From: Amoebophrya sp. A120
Taxonomy: Eukaryota > Protista > Dinoflagellata
Assembly (NCBI GenBank): GCA_905178155.1
Contig: CAJINV010000008.1
Coordinates: 1,612,001-1,676,000, forward strand
Direction of reading: 5' to 3'
DNA: 64,000 nt
The first letter of the stretch is position 1, and the number at the start of each line of letters is the position of its first letter. The translations under genes were made by a program, and so were the position numbers. Shown piece by piece: positions 48,981 through 59,900 of the stretch. A model generated the notes under the pieces. It was given only the letters and a program-made list of their open reading frames with translations, had not been told where the DNA came from and did no database searches.

Positions 48981-50132
48981 TCAACAGCTCTTCGCGGCCA
49001 AGATCCTGGAGGTTTTGTTTTCCGGGGCGATTTCGGCCGCTACGTACAAGCTTTTCGAGTTCGGCGGCCACAAACACAGTCTCACCCTGCCCTCGAGCAA
49101 GCCGAGCGGAACTGGCCCGTAGTGGCGGCTGTCGTTCGATTTCCCCTTGTTGTCGCCTTCAACCCAGACGTGTCCCTGTGGCACTCGCTCGACCCGCGTC
49201 GAGGTCGACGAGAAAGGTCGCCGATAGTGATACGGGGCGAAAGAATTTGAATTACCTGCTGATGAAATGTCGCGAATTATACGATCTTCTATCGGAGGCA
49301 CCTGGTGCCCGGTACCACGTGGTAAGTACTGGTCCTGGTTCCGTTCCCGTACAACAACCAAATCGCCAGCTAATGCGACAACTCGCTTGCAAACGCGGAC
49401 ACCCGGGTTCTCCGGGGAGTTCAAGACCACTACCTGGCCTAGGACGGGCACTGGGTACAAATATTTGGAAAATTTTTCATACAGCAAGACGTTGCCAGTC
49501 TCCGAGAACACGGGCTCCATGGAGGCTCCGACCGTCGTGCAGAAGTCAAATCCATACTCGTGCAGGCAATGGAGCAATCCGAAGAACTGCACAAATCGGC
49601 CGAGAAGGGTCAGCGCTTGCTTCGCTTTACTCGAGAATGAACCACCTCCACTGGCGTCGCCGTGGGAGTGGTCCCGCGCACCACTTGCACTACCGCTGCT
49701 GGGTGCCGCGTCTGCTGGTGCGGGGGGTACTATAGAAGAGCCGGCCTTCTGCTGCGTGTCAGTATGCTGACTATCGACGACGACGGACGACGGGCTGGCG
49801 ACTCTGACTACATTGGAAAATTTTACTCTGGACAGGTGGATGAGGCCGCTGCCGGTCGTCGCAAAAGGAAAGGCACTGAAATGTCGCCGAGTCGCCCTTT
49901 GCGTTTGCAAGTGCAGACGAGGTACAAGAACGTCGATCACACCGGGCGACCTTGTAGCCGCGAAAGGGGTTGTCTGTTTGGCAATTCCACCCGCCAGGGT
50001 AACGCCAGCGTTCTGGTGTGCGCAGCCGATGTGTGCAAAAATTCGGTGACAGTCAGGAATTATGGTGGCGGAAAATCGCCGAGTTGTGCTTGAACCACAC
50101 AGGAGCGGATTGAAGGTTTGCGTTCGCACCAT
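48981..50132 (-). CDS. IMP1: Mitochondrial inner membrane peptidase subunit 1 (peptidase S26)
   Basis: GASMEP (catalytic Ser), VCKRVVALAGD (catalytic Lys), VPQGHVWVEGDN..SNDSRHYGPVPLGL. True start uncertain. Confidence 0.88.
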   Translation of the reverse strand: MVRTQTFNPLLCGSSTTRRFSATIIPDCHRIFAHIGCAHQNAGVTLAGGIAKQTTPFAATRSPGVIDVLVPRLHLQTQRATRRHFSAFPFATTGSGLIHLSRVKFSNVVRVASPSSVVVDSQHTDTQQKAGSSIVPPAPADAAPSSGSASGARDHSHGDASGGGSFSSKAKQALTLLGRFVQFFGLLHCLHEYGFDFCTTVGASMEPVFSETGNVLLYEKFSKYLYPVPVLGQVVVLNSPENPGVRVCKRVVALAGDLVVVRERNQDQYLPRGTGHQVPPIEDRIIRDISSAGNSNSFAPYHYRRPFSSTSTRVERVPQGHVWVEGDNKGKSNDSRHYGPVPLGLLEGRVRLCLWPPNSKSLYVAAEIAPENKTSRILAAKSC

Positions 50133-50999
50133 CCATCGCTGGTCGACGACGCGGGCACGTGCTGTTCAACACAAGTTCTACTGCCGAATCTGCATCTGTA
50201 CGAGTTTCGCGATGTATTGATTGCGGTCAGTAGAGCAGTGTCGGAGTTCGGAATTGCAATCCCGATCGAGTTTTGATCATGAAGATGTTATCGATTCTCT
50301 TCCCAACTATTTGAAAGCGAAACTGAAAAGGCAAGAAGCGTACTAGGCGATGAAAAATGTGCCGATCGCAACTGAATGATGCTGTACATACTTACATGAT
50401 AGCGCAAGCTGCTTTGCACATCATATTAACTCTGTCGTGCTATATTTTTTGCATGATCATTTGCAGCTCTCTGACTAAATCAACTGGCTCAACACCCCTT
50501 AACCAAAACGAGACCTGCACAATACGATGAAAAAATGAAAAATGATCGTCAACATAAAATGTAAGAAATTTGTGGTCTGCCAAAACATATTTTTCTGACT
50601 CTGCTCTTGTTCTCTCGTAGAATTACTATGCGTGTTTTCATTTACATCACAAAATCAAAAATGAAACTGAAAGTGAAAGAACTGAAACTATGATACTTCT
50701 ACAGATTGCACGTGCACCGGTGTCGCGAGGATGCTCCCTCCATGTTGTCTTTGTCGAGAGAACAAACGTACTGAAATGACGAAAAGTACTAGTAACAACT
50801 AGCACCAAGTATGACAGGGACAGGGTCACAAGATGATCGTGTAGATTATAGAGTTGTGAGCGGCCACATGTATTGATATTGTGCCTCTATGTCAGTATAA
50901 CTTCTTTTCATGATGTCGTAGTCGAGATGATGATGCACACGGGATCTTAAAACTTCGTGTTTTGCGAATCTTCGCTCTACTCAGCGTGCTTCACTTTAT

Positions 51000-53900
51000 T
51001 CAGAAGGGCTGTTTACAAAGCGGACAGGTGGACTTCCCACTGGACTGGAACCATTTGCTGAGACACGCCTTGTGGAACTTGTTTTTGCAGGTGGGGCACT
51101 GCGACCGCGGGAGCGTGTTAAATTGGACATGCACCACGGAGTAGCAGATCATGCAGTCTTCCCAGCCCTGGAAGTGCGACACAAAGTTGCCCCGCCATTG
51201 GATGATCAGATCTGGAAACGAGATGTTTTCGCAGGCTCGCGACGCGAGTTCCCACTTCCGGAACTTGGCCATCGGGACGCCCATGATTCCGCTCTCCGCC
51301 GCCATCGGCCCGCTGGCGCTCAACGCGCTTTCCGCAATCAGCTGCCACGCCGGCTGCGACGAGGCGGAGAGGTCTACTGCTGCTCCACCGCCAGATGTCG
51401 ATGTTGTTCCGGATTTCGTGTTTTTCTGATGCTGGTTGCTAGCCGGCGATGGACTCGAAGCGCTGTTCCCGCCCTGCTGTACGACCAATGGGCCGAGCGG
51501 ATAGTTATCGACGAGCTGGAAGGTAAGTTGTGCCGTCACGTCGTCCTCGTTAGACAGGTTCACGGTAATCGACTTCGCGGACTTGCGCAGCAGGAATTTC
51601 ATGGAAATTTCTGATTCTTTCACTTCCTCATCCGAGTTGTCCGGTAGTTTCGGCTTACTCGCTTGCCAGTCGTCCTGGTGCTTCAGCAGAACTTTTGCCT
51701 TTTCTATCTGCTGCGGAAGGAACACCGTCGTGAAAAGGTGTTTTCCGTAGAAGCTGTCGATCACTTTCCAGCTCTGCTTCCACGCTCTTCGCTTCCGAAA
51801 GCGAATCAGCTCGGTCACAAAGAAGGCGCTCGGCAAAAGCTGCTGCAGGTAGTCGTCGAGAAGAAGCTTCAGTCGGATGTTCGACGTGATCGCTGTGAGC
51901 GACTCAAAAAGTGGATCGGCCACGGGGTCCGCTCCTTGCAGTGCTTGGTGCTTGGTTTGGTGGTCCAGGAAGCGCTTGACCAGCCCGAAGCGCTCTGCGA
52001 GGGCTTCCGCAAGGTCGTACACCAGCACCGGGGGGGCGGCGTCTGCGTCCTCATCGTCGTCTCCATTCCAACTTGTGCCGAGCGCGCGGTTGCCCAACTC
52101 GCAGATCACTTTCTCAAAGAACGCCTTCGACTGCTCAGGCGAAGGAACACGTGAGGGTCCGTTGCGGTCCGCAACTACGCTGCAGACTTTGTCTTGATGC
52201 CGCGCTAGTGTCTTCAGTAAGGCCAGTTGCGCTGCGGGTCTGGCAGCGTTTCTTGCTTTTGTGCTTGTTGCCAACCTTCCTGCTTGAGAAGTTATTCTTT
52301 GAGATGACTGGTGTAGTACTGAATCTCCGCCGGCCATCGTAACAAGGCTCCTTCGTTTACACTCGGCAACTACAGACGACATTGGACCCTGCATTTCGGA
52401 CTGCAGGTAGAGAGCATTCACGAAGCTATTGACTTCCTGCTCATCCGAGTTGGCAGTTGCCTGAGAGAGTTCTGAACTCAACTCAGAGACGAAGGACACG
52501 AAAAAGGTATCCAGCATCCCTCTTGTGATCGAAATTCTTATCCCGGTCGCATCTTCAGAGAGGCACTTCTCGGTGCTCTGCCTTGTAGTGTTGACTTGTT
52601 TGCCGGGGCTGGGCTGCTCATTCGGGTTTTTGGTCCTCTCCCGAGCTGCAACCGCTCCACTTTTCTCATCCTGCTGATCCTCACTTTCATCCGGAGCACC
52701 TACAACCGGGCAAACGCTCGCATCCGGCTCTGTTTCGGAGGCCGCGCCCGATAAAGTCTCGTCGATGTGCTCGTGCACGCCGACGCTTTTCTCATGCGTT
52801 ACGACTTCCCAAACAACCTTGAAGGGCTCTTCGTTTTTCCTCTTCGCATCTACGACCTTGCGCGTTTCTTCCAGCAGCTGAAACAGCAAATGCCACGTCG
52901 ACACGATGAACCTTCGTTTTGCGTCTGCAGACACAGAAGGAGAGGACGGACAGCTTGATAGGGAAGTAGATGACACTTGTTCTATTGCAGCTGATGTTTT
53001 GTTCACCTCTGCCGTGACTTGATGCAGTAGCTTAACAAGTTTTTCCACCGAAACGGTCTGCGTTTCTTCAAGGAGACGTGACAGGGCTAAGAGTGCAAAG
53101 TTCTCCGCTGTGGCGTAGTACTGCTCTACGATCAGGGTGAGAATTCGCACACCCTGCGACCCAGCCGAAGAACGGGGGGAGGTCATCGTCACGCTACCCG
53201 CGGTGCCTGTCGGGTCGAAAAACAAAGCCGCAAGATCGTCGGGCGTTCTTGTTTTGGAGGCCGATGGCTTATTCATTTTCTCCACAGGAATGTTCTGGAT
53301 CAACCTCTCAAGGATCCGTCTTCTCTGCTCTTTCGCAACGGGAGGGGCGACCGTCCAGTGTTCAACATGGAGCCCACGACCCCGTGTGGCTACTAGTGAA
53401 GACCTTTTGTTCCTGCAGGTGCCGGTCGGGATATCGGAATTAACCTTCGCGTCAACATCGCGGAGCATCGAGTTCGAACCTCGCACTATATCCACAAACT
53501 CCAGTTCTTCAGGCGAAAGCTTGAAGCCTGTCACTGACAAATTCTCTTCCAACGCGTCGCAAAAAATCTGCTTAGTCGTTTCGTCTTGCGCATCGTCATC
53601 CGAAGATGAGTCTTCGTCGCTGCCACAAGCTGTTGATGTGGGTGAAGCAAAGATATCTTCGCGACCACCATCACCCGCAGCGCTTTCTTGTGTCCTCGTA
53701 GTCGTTGGGACGCTACCTCGATCTAGGAACAACCCAGGTTTTTTTCGTAGGCAGTCCGCGATTGCTGTCCAGGTTTGAGAGCTAAGTTCCGCTCCCACAA
53801 GTCCGGCCGGGAAAGAAGTATCAAATGTAAAAATGTCTGGGTCTGGAAGGGTACCAGGTTTGTCGTGCATATTTTGCATGACTCAGGATGTCTGTAATGC

Positions 53901-56900
53901 ATGATCTAGCATCACACGTTTCGAGAGGCCTTCCTGATGCCTATCCCGCATGACAAACGCCCTCCCCGCGTAGCACAAACTGGGCGCCTCTTGCTGGTCA
54001 ACATGCAAAAATACAGATTTTTTTAGAATCCAAAGTTAGCATCACAAGTTGCATTCTTCCAGACCCAGACATTTTTACATTTGATAAGAAGCGAGCGAAG
54101 ACAAGACATGCCAACTCCCCCAGCAATCGGCTAGGCTGGCTCGCGCGCGATATTACAATGAAAAATGCCCCCACCCCCGAACTTGAAAGCATTTGTATTG
54201 CAAACCTTTCCAAATGAAACATTCGCCCTCTTGCATGTATCAGCATCACAGATTTCCGAATGTGAATAGCAAAAATTTGTATTGCAAAGATCGCAACAAG
54301 AGCGGTGAATGTCATGGAAGCGATGCGAAACACGACTAGACTCTGCATCAGAAAGATTCATACTCCTTTCATGCATGACAAAAAGTTTTCATTTGGAAAC
54401 TTCGCATCACAAATTTTTGCAACTTTGGGGGTGGGGGGCACTTTTCACTGTAGTACGCGACGCTCGAGATTCGCAAAAATAGTTTGTAGCTGCTGGGAAG
54501 GAGTTGCGCCAGAACTGGCAGCAGGAACTTTGGTGCTTGTCATCACACCACCAGCAGGACCACGAGTTCCTTTATTGGTGCTGCCACCCATCCTCCCACC
54601 AGCATCCAAAGCATCCAGGGAACTACCGGCGAATTCCAAATAAGCAGCATTCAGCTCTGCATCTTCCGGCTTCGTACTGGCAGTGGAGATATCAACTGTA
54701 AAAATGTCTGGGTCTGGAAGATTAAGACACTTGTCATGCACGTTTTGCATGAGCCATGATCATGTCTGTGATGCATACCCTAGCAATACAGATTTTTGAG
54801 GGCTTCTTGATCTTGATGCGTATTCCGAATGACAAATGCCTTCTCAGCGTAGCAAAAATTGCATTTCCCAGCTTTGGCACTCATGCAATACAGATTTTTT
54901 TGGAATCCACATGCAGCATCACAAGTTGCATTCTTCCAGACCCAGACATTTTTACATTTGATAGGAGATTTTTGCGGTCTCGAGAAAGCGCAGCACGCAG
55001 TTCCGCTCCACTGGTGGTCGTTGCCGGTCTGTGGGAAGAAAAGTCAGCTCCTTGTCTGCAGCCTGTGTCTTGGCGAGGTTAGCTTTCAAAGCTTCAATGG
55101 CAGTTTGAGTAGTTCCACCAGCTGCAGGTCCCGCTTCGCCGGGTGCCATGCCCAGATCCTCGTCATCCGCGGTTTCAAAGTCACCAGCAAGCAACCGCCT
55201 CAGGTATTGCCTAATCTTTCCTTGCGCAACCTGCTGCTCCGGAGCAGCTTTATTGTTGTTCTCTAGTACGTCAGCGCCGTCCAAGAGGATAGAATTTCCT
55301 TTCGTACCCGAAAATTCTAAGAGCAGAAGCTCGAGCCATCGCTCCACCGCGACTGCCGTAGTGCGACTGGTTTTTGTCGGTTTCTTGTTCGCGGATCCAG
55401 ACGAGACGCTTGCACCCGTTTTTGCTTGAAGTAGACCAATTTCTTCCGGGATACTTGCTGCAGAAACAGCCTGGAGCACGGGTCCGTCTCCATCATCTTC
55501 GAATCCTGAGGGAGGAGATGAAGATGATCCGGTGCCGTTAACCGCTGCTGGCACACCACCCTCAAAATGACCCTCAGCAACTTCATCAATCGCGAGCGTT
55601 GTTTTCTGTGTTAAGTCTGCCATCGCAGCTACTGTCACCAGGTCAAGGTCCTTATGGCGATGCTGTGCAACCACGTAACCCAGAGCTGCGAGCAGGCGCA
55701 ATACCGATGCGAATTTGGATTTGCTCTGAAAATTGTCCATCAACGAGGGGATGTGCTTCTCTGCAATCTCGTCAAAATCCTGGGAAGTCAAAGCTTTTTT
55801 CGCTCCAGTGTCTATCCTATCGCTGCTCCGTATCTGGTGCGCAAGAATCTGGAACCACGCCCAGAAAAGGAGTCGGTGTTCTTCAGTTCGTGATAGATCT
55901 GACACACCGGAGTTCTTGAGCACACTTCGTTCTTCGTTCCAAGAATACGCTGTACCGAAGTACCGCAGAAAGCTGGAATCGGATTGGGCTGAAATACCTC
56001 GCATCAGCTCCGCTGTACCCTCCGGAGGATTTTTACCTTGTTGTGCCACTGCTGTAAAAGCAGCGACGGTGTCTTCGATCCGTTTCTGGAATAAAGCTCT
56101 CTGGCCTTGATCAGCAACATCCTTGTTCGAAGAGTAAGTTTTGCTTCCACCCAATCCGTTGGTTCGTGTGAGGCAGCTCAACATTTCCATCTCACCATGC
56201 GTACGGCAGTAGTCAAGCAACGGAACAACTGCTTCTTCACTATCTTCATCTATGTTCTGTTTCATAGTTCCAAGCAGCGTCTTGATCACATTTCCCACCG
56301 CAGCATTGCCCTGTTGCTCGCGCTCCAATTTGCAGAGATACGGCAAGTTCGAGGAAGAAACGTTCACGCCTACTGGTTTATGGCTTGCGCCGCTCGGCGC
56401 ACTTCTACTCGAAGACGTAGAATCTCGCGCATTTAAGAGTGGAATGACAGTACCTGTGGTAAGCGCATCCTTGATGTGCCCTCCTCCAGTACTGCCAGCG
56501 AGGACGAAGCACGCTGGTATCCGCAAGGACGCTGCTGAAAGCTTCGCAAAGACCGCTTGACCTCGTCCAGTAGACTTCACTGCGCTACTATTTGTCAAGT
56601 CGTTCACCACACGGCACATCTCAAGAAACGAGGCCCACCCGTCGTGAAAACTCGCCTCCGTCACCGGGTTCAGACAATTGCGAAAACAAGTCGAAGAGCA
56701 ACCTTCCCGGAGTACAACAGCACTACCTGTGGACATGGGCGTGCGAGTGTGCTGGTCATGGTCGTCGAAGTGAGAGCCAGCAGTGCTATCTGCTTTGGAT
56801 TCCGCCCGAGATCTACTGACGCTCTGACGTCGGGACGACGAACCATGTAGGAAGAACTTACTCTCACCGAATTCGGTGGAAACCGCTCCAAAATGAGAGT

Positions 56901-59900
56901 GCAACTGCTCCGGTGTCGACGTCGCGCTGCCGAGAAAAAGGTTGACGGGAACAAACGGCGCGTCGCCGAAGTACTCGATGTAGTCCGACAATGGCGCAGT
57001 ATAATTTATTCCACTCGCGGCCGCCTCGCGTTGATGTTGCGCAGCATTCATTTCGGCTTCCAGTCGGATTTCCTGTATGTTCTCCCTACTGGTCCTCAGA
57101 AAGTTTTCCTGACGACTGCGGTCTGCGCGCGCACCGCAAGACGGGCAGGTCACCACTCTGCGACCATTATTTATTTCCGTGTAGTGTTTGCGATTGTTCG
57201 TCGCCACCATGCGTTTGCAATTGACGCACAGCAGGTGTCGGAAGCGGAAAAACGCGTTCACCAAGGCCGACACGTCACCGGCGTGCGTGAAGGCGTAGTT
57301 TCGCAGCCACTGCTTCCAGACAGCTTGTCTCTGTTGCTCGTCGATCATGTCATCGAAAAGAAAAAGATGAGAAAAAGTTGCAGGCATACTAGGACTTTCG
57401 GGCTCCGCGTTGATCGACGTTTTTGGCTGCTCGTCCCCCGCGAGCGTGTATGGTAGCAGCACTTCGGGATAGTCGTGAACGTACGAGTTTACTAACTGCG
57501 GAAGCTGCAACGGCGATGCTGCGCCGTCGGCGTCGCTGCTCCTTGATTTTTTATTCCCTGCAGCAGCTGTGATCTGTTCGCCGAACAGTCCGCGAATCAC
57601 CCCCTCAATTTCGGTCGAACGAGCGACGGCGGTTGCCGATCCTGACGCGGAGGAGGTGGAAAAAGCCAGCTTTCTTTTTTTGTTTGGCGCCGAGCCTCCG
57701 GGAGAGGCTGCGTTTGCTGTCGGCTCAGCAGGTCCGTCAGAACCAGTAGTAGTCCCCCTTCCCGCGCCGGTATTAACATGCACCATATTGGACAGCAGCA
57801 TGTGAAGCTTCTCCTTCTCAAACAGCTTGCCGCTGTACTTCTGCAAGAACTCAGCGTTCGTAGTGTAGTCGGCGGTCGGGGAAGACAGAAGTTCGTTTAC
57901 TTTCTCCGGGGCAACGTCCCAGTTCTCGCAATGCGTGATAATGTCCGTATAGACCTGCGTCAAGAACTGTTCGTCTGCTGCGCGCTGCTGGGCGGTGGTG
58001 GAGGACGTAGGGGTTCTTTCCGCCGCACAGCTGATGCGGGTTGCCTCCGTAGCTGCTTCACAGAAAAATTCTGAGAAAATACCAGCGGCTGGTGTTCTTT
58101 GTGGTGGAGTTGACGTAGCGATGCCCTCTACTTCCCCGGACAACTTCTTCGGTGACGCGTCTTGCAACGCCTTTGACACAGCAGAGAGAACGACTCGTCG
58201 ATCGGCGGCAGGAGTCGAAAACCCGGACACGAGGAACAAAGAGGAGATGAAAAGCCAAGAGCTCGCAACGGAATGATTGCTCACCTCGGCTAGAAGTACT
58301 TCTTGTGCTTTGCCATCGGGGTCGTGTAGAAGCGACACGAACTGCTGCTCAATGTTGATGCTCGTCGCGTTGTTCTCCTTGCAACAAAACCAGGAAAGTT
58401 CTAGATGGGAAAGCAGTTCAGGTATACTCAAGAATGCGGCCAAAACTTTCACACCCGATGCGCTCAGTGCCCGGTCGCCGTAGAAATTCTTCATCGCATG
58501 CACCAAGGCAAGCATTCTTCTTGTTCCCGAGAACGATTGTGTGCTTTCTTGTAGCTGTGCACCGTCTCCTTCCACCGCGGCTGCACCGGAAGTGATTATT
58601 ATTTCCGGGAGAATTTTTCCCTCGCCGCACATTTTCCTCGCAACGTCGACGCAAAAGTCCTGGTAAAAAGGAATGAGATCCTTCAGAAGTCGAAGGACTG
58701 GTAGCTGCTGGGTGCAGTTCTGCATGTCGGTTCGCAGCTTTTCCTCGCAAGGTTTGATCTGCGGCAGAAACCCATCGTTTCTCCAAAACGAAACCGGCGT
58801 CTTTGCAGATTGGCCCCGGAGGGACGATTCACCACCAGTACTAGCCGACGCCAAGTAGTCAAAGACTGGCCTCCACATCCACTCCGAGCGTTTTTGTTGA
58901 ACTGCTTCCTCGTCCTTTGCCGCACCTCCAAAGAGCTCGCTGATTGCGTCGTAATAGTTTCGAAGATCGTTCTCGGCCAGAAGGAGCGGCAAAACGACAC
59001 CTTGTACCGTATTGTCCAAACGGTCGTCCAGCTCCTTCACTGCCAGAACCAGTTTCCCGCGCCATTCGGCATCGTCGAAAAACCTCTTTTGGAAAACTTC
59101 TTTCGCAAAGGCGCTGGCGCTCTTATTTTTCCCAGAACTTGAACTGCTGGTGGATGAAGAAAGAAGCAAACCGGCGATGCGTTCCTGCTTTAAAACAGCT
59201 TTCAACAGCTGCAAAAAGTAGGCGCGATCGTCCTGAAGCAGCATCTTCCGCAGCGTTTTGCGCTCCTCGTCCGCCGCCGGAAAGTCCGAATCCTCACCGG
59301 GCGGCGCGTAAGTTTGCTCCGGGAAGTTTGTCGCCAACACAAGCACCGCCAGCTTTACCGCTTCGCGGAGGCGCGGAAGCTTGTCCATCTTCGATAGCAA
59401 ATTGCTTGTGAGAAACCAGTCGGAGGAGCTCCTCGCCGTTAGAAGTCGTTTATTTGTTGGGACAGGAGCGGACGGGGAACCGGCGCCAGCTTTCAAAGAA
59501 GACGAGGACGTTGCCGGAACTACAGAAGCCGCCGACTGTGAAGACTGTCCGGGCGGCGAAGGAGGGGCCACGTCCAGTACCTGGGCGAAGTTCGTGAAAG
59601 CCTTCACCGCATATGGATTGCAAAAGTGTCTGGGTCTGGAAGGTTGCAACTTGTGATGCTGCATTTGGAACCCAAAAAAATCTGTATTGCATGAGTAGCA
59701 AAGGGAATGCAATTTTTGCTACGCTGAGAAGGCATTTGTGTAATGCGGAATAGGCATCAAGAAGCCCCCAAAAAATCTGTATTGCTAGGGTATGCATCAC
59801 AGACATCATGGCTCATGCAAAACGTGCATGACAAGTGTCAGAATCTTCCAGACCCAGACATTTTTGCATTTGATACCGCATTCGCCAAGACGAAGTCGAT

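Noticed and set aside
53819-54455. Reading the elements as Tc1/mariner MITEs with TA target duplications (TA|CAGTG-like end at 54455)
   Set aside because: Perfect 5-bp repeats lie outside the TA in seven copies. Removal with one TSD copy restores the pre-insertion sequence, so TA belongs to the element.
53819-59875. CRISPR-like or protein-repeat interpretation of the recurring PDPDIFTFD / NVKMSGSGR peptides
   Set aside because: These are translations of the family-A TIR, dispersed and inverted, not an array or real protein.
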